Source: a virus. From it: a stretch of DNA of 38,892 bases. The stretch lies in the IMG/VR virus record IMGVR_UViG_3300045988_147897; one strand, 5' to 3'. Below are positions 1 to 8,625 of this stretch, piece after piece. A model generated the notes under the pieces. The model saw only the letters and a list, made by a program, of their open reading frames with translations. It was not told the origin of the DNA and searched no databases. A program made the translations under genes and the position numbers. Position 1 is the stretch's first letter, and each line of letters begins with the position of its first letter.

Positions 1-44
1 ACAAGCCCCCCGAACCTCAAAGAAGGAGAAAAACATGGACATGC
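1..44. repeat. 44-bp direct terminal repeat, left copy (acaagccccccgaacctcaaagaaggagaaaaacatggacatgc); identical copy at 38849..38892
   Basis: Exact identity of window positions 1..44 and 38849..38892 read directly from the sequence. The repeat contains the RBS and ATG of the ORF at 35..427. Confidence 0.9.
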
Positions 45-427
45 ACGCCGCAACCCAGGCGTTCAACGAAGCTGCCACAAAGGCATGGACCAACTGCGAC
101 ATCGTCGGTGTCCCCGGCTGCCCCGGCTTTACGTTTGCCGGCCCGGCCTGCCCCACAGAGGGGTTCTTCGTAGCTATCGCCTACAACGGACGCGAGATCG
201 CCCGCGTTGACGGCGACGGCCTCGACCCGATGACGGCACACTTCTACCCGACCCCGCGTGAGGTTGTCGCGCTCGCCGACTTCAAGCACGTTATCAAGAT
301 GATTCGCCAGGGTTTCCTTCTCCCCCTTGACTCCGATTTCAACTACTGGCTCGCAAACAGTGACAGCTCTAGCTACCACTGGGAGTTCGACTCAGGAATC
401 GGTGTTGTGTCTCCCGCCGAGGCCTGA
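35..427 (+). CDS. hypothetical 130-aa protein with 4 Cys (CDIVGVPGCPGFTFAGPACP); candidate moron/lysogenic-conversion gene
   Basis: ORF-track ORF; near-consensus RBS AAGGAGA 7 nt upstream of ATG; followed by a hairpin terminator; only plus-strand gene on the left 36 kb. Confidence 0.55.
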   Translation: MDMHAATQAFNEAATKAWTNCDIVGVPGCPGFTFAGPACPTEGFFVAIAYNGREIARVDGDGLDPMTAHFYPTPREVVALADFKHVIKMIRQGFLLPLDSDFNYWLANSDSSSYHWEFDSGIGVVSPAEA

Positions 428-439
428 CAACAAGGGAAA

Positions 440-476
440 GCCCCCACCGCCCAGAAACGGGTCGGTGGGGGCTTTG
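440..476. terminator. bidirectional intrinsic terminator hairpin (GCCCCCACCG-N13-CGGTGGGGGC followed by TTT)
   Basis: Perfect 10-bp GC stem between convergent genes 35..427(+) and 491..1372(-); T-run on the plus strand and TTTCCC on the minus strand. Confidence 0.6.
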
Positions 477-490
477 CGTGATGCGGGGGC

Positions 491-1372
491 TTAGGGGTGG
501 ACGGTGGTCGGCCAGGAGGCCATGAGGCCGCCCGCGCCCTTCCCGAGCGCGGTCTGCGCCTGCCCCGCGTTCGTGATGATGTGCGCAATTGTGGGCTTTC
601 CGGTCGCGGTGAGTTGCTGCCACGCGGCGGCGGGCGCGTTCCATTCGAGGCCGAGCACGTCCCAGCGGGAGGTATCGGCGGTGGCGAGCTCGTTTGGGTA
701 CATCATGCACATGGTGCGGTATCCGCGTGCCTTGGCGCGGTCCACGGACCCGGCGTTGACAAAGTGCTTCCACAGCACCCGGCGTTCGGGGTGGCCGTTG
801 AAAGCGTCATCGAGCAGATCGTACAGGTCCAGTTCGGCCTGTAGGTCAGAGCTGTTCGCGTCCTGCTTCGATGAGGTCACCTTGTGGTCAATGGCGAGGA
901 CGACGTCGTCGGGGATCTGCTCGAGTAGGTCGGTGAACCTCATGAGCGGCCCCGACGCTTGTCGCAGGGTTTTCAGCGTGTCCCACGGCGTGGACCAGAT
1001 CGGTAGCTTCGTGCCGGGCACGACGCGCTCCGTCGTCCAGTCGTGAATCATCACGTATTCGCCAGACGCGCACCGGCGTAGGGAGATTTCGAGCGCCTTG
1101 AAGCCAGCGCGCAGGGACGCGTCGAGGCCCGCCTGCGTGAATTCCGGGTACTCGGTGCCCCCGAGGCGGTGACTGATGTAGAAGGGCCGCTTCGCTAGGA
1201 ACTCAGCGACCAGGTCACGAGAGGCGCCCGCCGGGGTTGCGGTACGTGGTCGCAGGGGGATGTCGCCGCCTTCGCGTCGGCGGCGGTACAGGCGGCCCGT
1301 CACGTCCCCACCGTCACGACGACGCACGCGCAGCACGCGGCCCACCGGGACGTTTTCGACGGCGTCACGCAT
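491..1372 (-). CDS. glycerophosphodiester phosphodiesterase (GDPD)-family protein; moron
   Basis: Motifs SHRLGG...PEFT...GFKALEISL...GEYVMIHD match the GDPD signature HR(G)..EN/FT..E.D...HD. Start moved to the internal ATG (MRDAVENV) 4 nt after the stop of the upstream gene; the N-terminal 67 aa of the ORF-track ORF are an Arg/Pro-rich out-of-frame extension. Confidence 0.6.
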   Translation of the reverse strand: MRDAVENVPVGRVLRVRRRDGGDVTGRLYRRRREGGDIPLRPRTATPAGASRDLVAEFLAKRPFYISHRLGGTEYPEFTQAGLDASLRAGFKALEISLRRCASGEYVMIHDWTTERVVPGTKLPIWSTPWDTLKTLRQASGPLMRFTDLLEQIPDDVVLAIDHKVTSSKQDANSSDLQAELDLYDLLDDAFNGHPERRVLWKHFVNAGSVDRAKARGYRTMCMMYPNELATADTSRWDVLGLEWNAPAAAWQQLTATGKPTIAHIITNAGQAQTALGKGAGGLMASWPTTVHP

Positions 1373-2459
1373 TGGGCACCACCACCTGGACGCCCGCGCC
1401 GTTCGAGGTCTGCGTGTTCGGGTAGGTGACCGTGAGGTCGCCCGCCTGTGCGGTGCGGCGCGCCACGAGCACGGTCTGCAGGTTGCTGCCTTCCTGGGTG
1501 GCGAACTCAAGGCGATCCCACCCCGTGTTGATGGTGACCTGGTCGGCGGTTTCCGGCGCCGTCGTGCGCTCAAACGCGAACCCGAGCGTCAGGCCGGTCG
1601 TCGTGGGAACCTCGGGGGCCGTGCAGGTGCCCGTCTCAGTGGGTTCGGCCTGGCGCTTCTTGACCTGGCCGACAACGGGGGTGCCGCCGCCGCGGGTGTT
1701 GACGGCTGCCCAGGCGGCCTCGACGGGATGCGACGTGCGCACCGTCAGCTCGGGGGCCCAGGGGCCGACGGCCACCGTGAACCTCATGGTGCCGATCCAG
1801 TAGGGCTCGACGAGTGTCTCAAACCCGGCGGGGAAGGCGAATGACTGGCCGTTGACTGCCTTGGTGTTGACTGCGACGATCGCGCGATCGCCCGCCTGGC
1901 CCGCTGTCTTGATGGCGATCGTGTCGCCGATGTGCTGCCCGGCTGCGTGGCTAACCAGTGTCGGGCCCGCCGCGGGGTTCGGGCGGGTCTCTCCATGGTC
2001 GTCATGTCCCGGCGCGTCTGCCTGCTCGGTGAGCAGATAAACCGTGCCATCGGGGAGGGCTTCGGCTTCGGCGCGGGTGTTCACGATCTTGATGTCTGCG
2101 AGTGTCAGGGGCTTGCCCTGCTCGTCGACGAGGGGCGTCCCGCCGGGGCCGGGGGTTGGGGTGTCGGGCGTGACGGGCTGGGCGGTGAGGAGGTCGCCGA
2201 GCGTCATGGTCTGCCCGTCAGTGAGGGTCACGTCGCGTTCGGCGAGGAGACCTGTCGGGGAGGCGACGGACACGACGTAGCGGCCAGGCCGTAGTTCGGC
2301 GGTGACGTGCCCGTCGTCGCCCTCGCTGGTGACCGAGCCGGGGACGATGAGATCACCGTCAGGCGTGCGCGTGGGATTGGGGTTCGGGGTAGCGGTGATC
2401 GTGACGGTGACGGGCTGGCCGGTTGGCGACTTAACGCGGCCCTTGATGGTGGCAGTCAT
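1365..2459 (-). CDS. hypothetical 364-aa protein with N-terminal CarboxypepD_reg/transthyretin-like beta-sandwich motif (GRV..G.PV...I.A....DG....PGRYVV)
   Basis: ORF-track ORF with ATG and RBS GAGGACC; Thr/Pro-rich linkers; lies after the lysis cassette. Confidence 0.5.
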   Translation of the reverse strand: MTATIKGRVKSPTGQPVTVTITATPNPNPTRTPDGDLIVPGSVTSEGDDGHVTAELRPGRYVVSVASPTGLLAERDVTLTDGQTMTLGDLLTAQPVTPDTPTPGPGGTPLVDEQGKPLTLADIKIVNTRAEAEALPDGTVYLLTEQADAPGHDDHGETRPNPAAGPTLVSHAAGQHIGDTIAIKTAGQAGDRAIVAVNTKAVNGQSFAFPAGFETLVEPYWIGTMRFTVAVGPWAPELTVRTSHPVEAAWAAVNTRGGGTPVVGQVKKRQAEPTETGTCTAPEVPTTTGLTLGFAFERTTAPETADQVTINTGWDRLEFATQEGSNLQTVLVARRTAQAGDLTVTYPNTQTSNGAGVQVVVPNA

Positions 2460-2550
2460 TGGTGGTCCTCACTGTGTAGCTGGGCGGTGCAGGGGGGTGC
2501 CCCGCCGCCCACGCCGCGAGCCTCGGGGGTCGTCGCGGCGCGGGGGCGGG

Positions 2551-3045
2551 TTACTTGGTGTCGCGGGCTTCTAGCGCCTCGATGCGGTCATAGATCGACT
2601 TATGCGTGTCGTGCGCGTGCGCGTCGATCAGGCGAGTCGCCGATTCGCGGGCGGTGCGTTCGTCGTGGATCTCCGCTGACATGCGGGCGCCGCGCTCATC
2701 GATGCGGTCGATGCGGGCCTTCAAGTCCGACAGGCTTTCGCCGTGGCTGTCGAGCGTGGACGCGACGCGGTCGACCGCTTCACTGACGGCCTTCACCGTG
2801 TCGCGCACGGTGTCGAGGTCGTCCCTGATGTTGGTGCTGTGGTCGTTGCTGACCTGAGCGTCGGCGGACTGGGCGGCGGCCTTCGCCTCCTCAGCGGCGC
2901 GGGTCGCCCGTTGTAGGTGCGACTCCATGCTGGTTTTCAGGCGTGCAAAGCCGACGGCGGCGGCGCCGCCCAGACCGGCGATCAGGACGGCGACCAGCCC
3001 GTTCAACGCCTCGATGACCTTAGGGTCGGTGAGGATACTGGTCAC
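2551..3045 (-). CDS. membrane-anchored coiled-coil protein (one N-terminal TM helix, long heptad-rich C-terminus); possible lysis accessory or moron
   Basis: Hydrophobic segment LNGLVAVLIAGLGGAAAVGF followed by a charged Ala-rich coiled-coil-like sequence; ATGA overlap with the holin stop. Confidence 0.45.
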   Translation of the reverse strand: MTSILTDPKVIEALNGLVAVLIAGLGGAAAVGFARLKTSMESHLQRATRAAEEAKAAAQSADAQVSNDHSTNIRDDLDTVRDTVKAVSEAVDRVASTLDSHGESLSDLKARIDRIDERGARMSAEIHDERTARESATRLIDAHAHDTHKSIYDRIEALEARDTK

Positions 3046-3458
3046 TGGGCACGGTCACCGCCCGAACCACGGTCCGCGTCGCGGGCGGCCAGCCAGGCGT
3101 TCAGGTCGGAATACTTGCGCACTTCCTCGACGGTTTCGCCGCCGGGGGTCAGGGCGCCCGCCCAGTCAATCAGGGACACGCCGTTGATCTTGATGCCCGA
3201 GAGCACCTGGAACACGGACCACGCGACGCCCAGGAACACGGACGCCTGCGCGAGGAAAAGCTGCCAGGTCGCCGGGTAGGAGCCCGAGACCCAGACGGCG
3301 AGAGAGACGACGACGGCGACGCCCGCGAGCAGAACCTTACGGCGGGCGGGTGTCCAGTACGGGCGGTCGAGCGCCGCCTGCACGACAGGCCAGATCAGGC
3401 CGACAACGACCGTCACCAGGAACGGATCGGCCTGCAAGCCGAGGAGGAGATTGTTCAC
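3042..3458 (-). CDS. putative holin (3 predicted TM helices)
   Basis: GTG start with RBS GGAGAAGGGA, 1 nt after the endolysin stop; TM segments PFLVTVVVGLIWPVV, VLLAGVAVVVSLAVWV and LFLAQASVFLGVAWSVF; the upstream part of the ORF-track ORF is an out-of-frame extension overlapping the endolysin gene. Confidence 0.55.
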   Translation of the reverse strand: MNNLLLGLQADPFLVTVVVGLIWPVVQAALDRPYWTPARRKVLLAGVAVVVSLAVWVSGSYPATWQLFLAQASVFLGVAWSVFQVLSGIKINGVSLIDWAGALTPGGETVEEVRKYSDLNAWLAARDADRGSGGDRAQ

Positions 3459-3459
3459 G

Positions 3460-4296
3460 TCAGTTTCCCTTCTCCGCGCCCGCGAGCGCGGTGTTAATCG
3501 CGGTGTTTGTGGTGGGGCCGTAGATTTCGTCGTCGTCCACGCCGACGGCGCGCTGGAGGTCGCCGACGACGCGGTCGTGCGCCTCGTCCGATGCGTCTCC
3601 CCAGATGCCGTCCGCCTCCGTGCCGATGACGGACTGGACGTACTCCACGCCGAAGGGGAACTGGCGGCCTCCCCAGGAGCTTGCGGCGACCACGGCATAG
3701 ATGCGCTTGGTGGTGTCGGGGCCGATGATGTTGTCGGTGGTTGCGCCGACCGCAGCCTGCAGCGCCGTGACATCGGTGTAACCGGAGGCGGTGGGCGCTT
3801 CGCCGTAGTGCGGTCGGATGATGGCGCAGACCGAGTCCCAGCCTCGGGTGCGGCGCCACACGCCGCCGCCGTTCGACTGCGAGCCCGCTGCGCCCGAGCT
3901 GGTGTTGAATTCGATGGTCTGCAGCCATCCGCCGTAGTTGGCTTCGACGATGCCGACGTGGTCGGCGATTCCGTCGTCGTCCCAGTCGAAGCAGACCAGG
4001 TCGCCGGGCGCGGCCTGAGTCATCGGGGAGACGAGTCGGCCTTCGCGGGCGGCGGCGTTGATGCCGTAGGGGACGTAAGCGAAGTCGCCGCCGGGTAGGA
4101 CGGACTGTTTCTCTTCGTCGGTCGCGCACCAGGACGCGCCCATAGCGCAGAAAGGCACGCCCGACGTTCCGTAGTAGGCGCCGTGCTTCTGGGCATACCA
4201 ACGTCCGTACTTCGAGCCTTCCTCGGGGTCGTCCCATCGGGTGTAGCCGATTTCGCCCGCTGCCCAGGCGAGGACGTTCTGTGCGGTCATGCTCAT
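3460..4296 (-). CDS. endolysin: N-terminal Cys/His peptidase (CHAP/NlpC-P60-like) domain plus two C-terminal PG_binding_1-like repeats
   Basis: Conserved Cys (GVPFCAMGASW) and His (IADHVGIVE) context; C-terminal repeats LQAAVGATTDNIIGPDTTKRI and LQRAVGVDDDEIYGPTTNTAI. Confidence 0.75.
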   Translation of the reverse strand: MSMTAQNVLAWAAGEIGYTRWDDPEEGSKYGRWYAQKHGAYYGTSGVPFCAMGASWCATDEEKQSVLPGGDFAYVPYGINAAAREGRLVSPMTQAAPGDLVCFDWDDDGIADHVGIVEANYGGWLQTIEFNTSSGAAGSQSNGGGVWRRTRGWDSVCAIIRPHYGEAPTASGYTDVTALQAAVGATTDNIIGPDTTKRIYAVVAASSWGGRQFPFGVEYVQSVIGTEADGIWGDASDEAHDRVVGDLQRAVGVDDDEIYGPTTNTAINTALAGAEKGN

Positions 4297-4406
4297 CGGT
4301 CGGCCTCCGTCTGCTCGTAGGGGATGAAGATCGGGTCGACGACGTCGGGCGGCGTGTCCGTCGCGGGCGTCATCGATGCCATAAGCTGCTCGATGGTCGG
4401 TTCCAT
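4293..4406 (-). CDS. small acidic 37-aa ORF (MEPTIEQLMASMTPATDTPPDVVDPIFIPYEQTEADR) coupled to the endolysin start
   Basis: Strong RBS GAGGAG 6 nt upstream of ATG; ATGA overlap with the endolysin start; below the ORF-track length cutoff. Confidence 0.35.
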   Translation of the reverse strand: MEPTIEQLMASMTPATDTPPDVVDPIFIPYEQTEADR

Positions 4407-4433
4407 GTGTTTCTCCTCTTCGGGTATGGGAAA

Positions 4434-4459
4434 GCCCTCGGACGGGCGTGTCCGAGGGC
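4434..4459. terminator. hairpin GCCCTCGGAC-GGGCGT-GTCCGAGGGC between the tail genes and the lysis cassette
   Basis: Perfect 10-bp stem directly downstream (minus strand) of the stop of gene 4478..5101. Confidence 0.5.
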
Positions 4460-4477
4460 CTGAAGAATTGGTGTCTG

Positions 4478-5101
4478 TCAGTAGCCGGTGGCGTGGAAAG
4501 TGAAGCTCACGGCGGTGGCCACGTCACGATCAGGGAAGGTCAAACGGAACCCGGTCGCGTTGACGATGTCGACCGCCCAGCGGGTCGGGACGTGCGCGTT
4601 AACGTCCGCGTTCACCTGCCCGTACGCGAACGTGACGCCCACGTGGACACAGTCATCAGGGAAACTAACCGGGAAGTTGATAAACGGGGTGACGCAACGC
4701 TTCGCGCCGGCGACGCCCTCGTACTGCGCGAACCCAGTCCAGCGCCCATGCTGCTCCACGCGCGGCGCCTGGGCGGGGACCGACGCCTTCGCGCCGACAA
4801 CCCAGTTACCCGCGGCGGCCCCGTACGTGATGACAGGGGTCAGGCGCGTGAGTTCCCACTGGCCGCGCTGATTCTTCCTGCCCTCGCACTTGTGGACATG
4901 ATTTGACATGTCAAAGTAGATCGGGCGCGCCTGCGTAGGCGGCTGTCCCGCGCGTGCGGCGGCGTTGCAGATGTTCACCGCCTCGTCGTAGGTATCGACG
5001 TGGTTGATGTGGCTGATCGATCCGGCGGTCTTTGGCCAGGTGGCGAGGATGTCCTCGCCGGCCTCGGGCACACGGACACGGTTCCAGTTTTCGACGGTCA
5101 C
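4478..5101 (-). CDS. hypothetical tail-associated protein (207 aa)
   Basis: ORF-track ORF located between the tail-fibre gene and the lysis cassette; no recognisable motif. Confidence 0.45.
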   Translation of the reverse strand: MTVENWNRVRVPEAGEDILATWPKTAGSISHINHVDTYDEAVNICNAAARAGQPPTQARPIYFDMSNHVHKCEGRKNQRGQWELTRLTPVITYGAAAGNWVVGAKASVPAQAPRVEQHGRWTGFAQYEGVAGAKRCVTPFINFPVSFPDDCVHVGVTFAYGQVNADVNAHVPTRWAVDIVNATGFRLTFPDRDVATAVSFTFHATGY

Positions 5102-5112
5102 GGTGGTTCCCC

Positions 5113-6849
5113 TTACTGTCGCAGGTAGGTGGCGGCGAATCTGTAGTCCTTCAAAGTGGCGTAGGACTTTTGTGTTGATTGCAGGGCGATTCCGAGGCGC
5201 TCGCCCTCAGCGCAGCGGATCATGCCTGACGTGCGGATCGTCATGTACTGGCCGGGGCCGGCGGACCCGTACGCGTAGACAGATCCGAACGCTGAGGTCG
5301 GGGAATAGACAGCGCCCCTTGCGGCGTTCGTGACCGCGAGCAGCACTGTTCCGTCCCACCCGTAGGACTTGACCGCCGCCCACGCCTCGACCTGATACAC
5401 GCCGGCTTTCGGGACCGTGACGGTCTGCCCACCGTCCGACGACTTCCAGGTGCCGCCGGTCTCTACGAGCTTCCGCCCGCCCGTTAGGAGCTGTAGGCGG
5501 TTCCACACGTCATTGTTGAACACCGTGGACGTGACCTCGCCCGACGCCCAGCACAAGGCCGGCTTGTCCGCGAGCGCATCCCAAGGCACTTCAGTTACCA
5601 GGGTCCGGCGCCCGTTGAGGGTCTGCCAGTAGGCGAGGCCGGTCGGGGTGAGCGCCGCGTCATTGCCCTTGCCGTCTGCGAGCTGAATCTGCACGGCTTG
5701 ATTGGTGCGGGTCATGCTTATACGCGACGGTGCGGGGTCTGAGTACGCCTCGGTCCAGTTCGTGAGGGTGAGGCGGATCGGCCAGTGGCGGCCAGCCGAG
5801 GGCACGGTGAGCGGCCAGGTGGCGGTGACCCTGATCTGGCGGTCGTCGGTGGCCTCGAGGTCGCCGACGTTCAGGGTGAGCGTGCGCGTTGTGGCCTGGC
5901 TGGTCGAGGTGGCGCTGACGGCGGGGTCACCGCCGATCAGGTAGGTCGCCGTGACGGTCGCGCCGGCGGGGGCAGTCAGGGTGAGGGTCACGCGCAGGTC
6001 GCGCACGGCTTTGCCGGTGGTGGGTGTCTGGTAGGTTTCGACGTGTTCGGGCCCCCATGTGGGCTGGGCGATCTCAAAAACCGGGTGCCCGCCTTGCCAG
6101 CGGGCGGTGGTCGCGGGGTTCTGGCCGTTCGGGGCCCCTTGGGTGAATGCGGCGCGCCAGAGCATGAGTTGGTCGCCGCGTTGGGTGCGGGCGGTGCCGA
6201 CGCCGCCGAGCACGAACTCAGAGCCGCGCAGTTGTGCGCCGCTAATCCACTTGCCGGTGATCCGGTCTGCGATCAGCTCGCCGGGAATGACGGCGTTTTC
6301 GGCGCGGATCTTGTCGACGACCGTGAGGGTGTCGAAAGCGGCGAGCTTGCTGTAGAGCGCTTCGGATGCGACGATTTCGCGGGCGGTGACAGTGCCGGCC
6401 TTGATGCGGGAACCGTCGATAGGGCCGGTGGAGGCTTCGGCGATCTTGCGGGTGAGGTCGTCGCGGGTTTCCTCGATGGCGGCCTGCGCACCCTGCAGGG
6501 CGGCGGACGCCTGGTTCGCGGCGTCGCGGGCGGCCTTCGCGGCCTCGCCCACGGGCACCGTCACAACGCCGGTCGGAGCGGTGACGGTGGGCGCGTGGGC
6601 AAGGGTGGCTACCCCGGTGGTGTCGCGGTCGAGGCGGACGGGCGCGCCCTGCCAGGTGATGCCAGCCGTCGAGGGCACGACAACGCTGGTGCCGGGCGGG
6701 GCGCCGTGGGGGGTGACCTCGACGAGGCCGGCGCCCTGGTCGACGATGCCCGTCACTGTGCCCTGCACGGGCCCCGTGTGCGGTGCGGGGCCGCGCTGTG
6801 GGGTAAGGTCAAGCCAATCAGAGAGGCTATCGAGCTGAGACACTTGCAT
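5113..6849 (-). CDS. tail fibre / receptor-binding minor tail protein (about 578 aa, Thr/Gly/Ala-rich, beta-rich)
   Basis: Position after the Dit/Tal-like genes; ORF-track start is TTG, so the start was moved to ATG (MQVSQLDS) with a GGAGG RBS. Confidence 0.55.
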   Translation of the reverse strand: MQVSQLDSLSDWLDLTPQRGPAPHTGPVQGTVTGIVDQGAGLVEVTPHGAPPGTSVVVPSTAGITWQGAPVRLDRDTTGVATLAHAPTVTAPTGVVTVPVGEAAKAARDAANQASAALQGAQAAIEETRDDLTRKIAEASTGPIDGSRIKAGTVTAREIVASEALYSKLAAFDTLTVVDKIRAENAVIPGELIADRITGKWISGAQLRGSEFVLGGVGTARTQRGDQLMLWRAAFTQGAPNGQNPATTARWQGGHPVFEIAQPTWGPEHVETYQTPTTGKAVRDLRVTLTLTAPAGATVTATYLIGGDPAVSATSTSQATTRTLTLNVGDLEATDDRQIRVTATWPLTVPSAGRHWPIRLTLTNWTEAYSDPAPSRISMTRTNQAVQIQLADGKGNDAALTPTGLAYWQTLNGRRTLVTEVPWDALADKPALCWASGEVTSTVFNNDVWNRLQLLTGGRKLVETGGTWKSSDGGQTVTVPKAGVYQVEAWAAVKSYGWDGTVLLAVTNAARGAVYSPTSAFGSVYAYGSAGPGQYMTIRTSGMIRCAEGERLGIALQSTQKSYATLKDYRFAATYLRQ

Positions 6850-7903
6850 ATACCTCCAAGTCAACGCGCATTTGCGCGTCAGAATCGGCCAGATCGATGG
6901 AATAGCCGGTGACGGTGCCGGTCACAACCTCCTCGCCCGTCTCGACTGAGATCGTGTCCCACAACTCAATGCGCGGGTCAGATGCGAGGGCCAGGCTGCG
7001 CGTGCCCCTGGCGGCGAGGGCCTTCGCCCTGTACGTTTCCGCGGCCTGCTGAACCGTGCCCTGCAGGTCGGTCATCTGCATTTCGCTGCGCTCGGTGACC
7101 ACGCCGTACACGGCGGGCTGGTAGGGCGCGTCGTACAGTGTCGCTATGCCGTCGTAGTGTGGGGCGTCGCCGCCGCCTTCAGGGGTTTCACCGGTCGTGC
7201 CAACGAACCAACGGTTCGGGCGGCGCTCACTGCTCTTGCGTGCGGCCTCAATGAGGAGATCCCGCCCCGTGTAGGTCTCAGACGCGACCCCTGTCGTGTG
7301 TTTCCACACGTGCAGGGCACCGTCAGGGCGCACCGTCCAGGCGAGCCCGTACGCGTCCGCAAGTTTCCCCATGGCCTCCGTGCGGGACGTGCCCCACTCG
7401 AACGTTCTGGGTATCGCCTGGTCGCCGTCATCCACGATCACCTGCAGGCCCCCCTCGTCGGGGGCACCTGCGAGGCGCTGAAACTCAGACGAGACGGTCG
7501 CGCCGCCGGGCGGGGACGACGGCCAATCCATCGGGTTCTTCTCGCACCGCTGCAGGAGATCGTACGCGGTGACGGATACACCACCGGCGCTGGTTTCTTC
7601 CCACGCGTCGATCTGGTAGATACCGACCGTAACGCGGGTAGTCACACCCCCCGTGGTGATCGTCTGTTCCACGCGGAGCCGCTGCCCGAAGTTATTCAAC
7701 GGATCAGCGGGGTCACGAGGCACCCACCCATGAGGGGCCTCGAGTGTAAGGCGCTCGCGGGGCGTGCGGTCCGTCGACGCTTCGAGCTGCGCGCTGACGA
7801 CGGGGATGTCGTCGGCCAGGATGCGGCCGGCAAGGACCGATGTGACAGAAACGTCGATGGTGGTCGGGGCGGCGAGCGCCGCTGCGTTCGGCCCGCCCCT
7901 CAT
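6827..7903 (-). CDS. minor tail protein (tail-associated lysin/Tal-like position)
   Basis: Gene order after the Dit-like gene; ATGA overlap with the stop of the upstream gene at internal Met 18 (MRGGPNAA). Confidence 0.5.
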   Translation of the reverse strand: MRGGPNAAALAAPTTIDVSVTSVLAGRILADDIPVVSAQLEASTDRTPRERLTLEAPHGWVPRDPADPLNNFGQRLRVEQTITTGGVTTRVTVGIYQIDAWEETSAGGVSVTAYDLLQRCEKNPMDWPSSPPGGATVSSEFQRLAGAPDEGGLQVIVDDGDQAIPRTFEWGTSRTEAMGKLADAYGLAWTVRPDGALHVWKHTTGVASETYTGRDLLIEAARKSSERRPNRWFVGTTGETPEGGGDAPHYDGIATLYDAPYQPAVYGVVTERSEMQMTDLQGTVQQAAETYRAKALAARGTRSLALASDPRIELWDTISVETGEEVVTGTVTGYSIDLADSDAQMRVDLEVYASVSAR

Positions 7904-8625
7904 GGCATCCCCGCGTATTCGCGCAGGAGGTCCACGTAGGAGCGGCCTCGCCACTTAGAGCGCGCGTCCCACGCGCCCCACGTGACCACGGGGATAGTGC
8001 CGACCAGGGCGCGGGCCTCGTCCATGTCGATCTGACGGTAGTCGAGGGTCCATTGGCGGCGGACCCGGTCTCGGCGGCCCGTCCGCTGGCTGGTTGCGTG
8101 CGTGATGGCGAGGACGCGGACGGCGGGGATGTCGCAGTCCTGCAGGTCGCAGGAGTCGTGTGAGTGAATGGCGATCACGGGCTGGCGGGCTTCGAGGATG
8201 CGTTCGAGGCGCGCGCTTTCCTCAGCGTAGGCGAGGAGTTCGAGCCGCCCGGTGTAGGCGGCGGCGACGCCCGCCCAGCGGATGACGGGGGTGCGGCGGG
8301 CGTTGATGTCCGTCGCGGTCGCACGCGTGTCGTAATCGCGCGCGTCGTCCCCGATGTAGGAGACGACGGCCCGCTGACGCGAGTCAAGGCTGGTAATCAC
8401 GTAGCCTTCGCCGCGGCGTGTGAGCGTGAACCGCTGCCTCCCCACCGTGTAGGTCGTCGCCACGCCTGGCGGCGCGAGCGGGTCGCACACGGACACGGCG
8501 GCGCGGCCCGCCTCGGCGGGGAGGATGACGCGGTTGCCGTCGCTCACTGCGAGGGCAGCGTCCGCGCCGTCCAGGTAGAAACAGGGCAGCCCCGTCTCAC
8601 GGTGTATCCATGCCTTGATTGTCAC
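7900..8625 (-). CDS. distal tail protein (Dit)-like
   Basis: Roughly 240-aa gene immediately after the tape measure gene, GTGA-coupled to the tape measure stop; positional inference. Confidence 0.45.
   Translation of the reverse strand: MTIKAWIHRETGLPCFYLDGADAALAVSDGNRVILPAEAGRAAVSVCDPLAPPGVATTYTVGRQRFTLTRRGEGYVITSLDSRQRAVVSYIGDDARDYDTRATATDINARRTPVIRWAGVAAAYTGRLELLAYAEESARLERILEARQPVIAIHSHDSCDLQDCDIPAVRVLAITHATSQRTGRRDRVRRQWTLDYRQIDMDEARALVGTIPVVTWGAWDARSKWRGRSYVDLLREYAGMP

Noticed and set aside
3494-4237. 247-aa Arg-rich ORF inside the endolysin gene, same strand but a different frame
   Set aside because: Shadow ORF of the high-GC endolysin coding region. Low-complexity poly-Arg translation.
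5113-6849. Diversity-generating retroelement targeting the tail fibre
   Set aside because: There is no reverse transcriptase gene anywhere in the window, and no template/variable repeat pair was noticed near the fibre 3-prime end.
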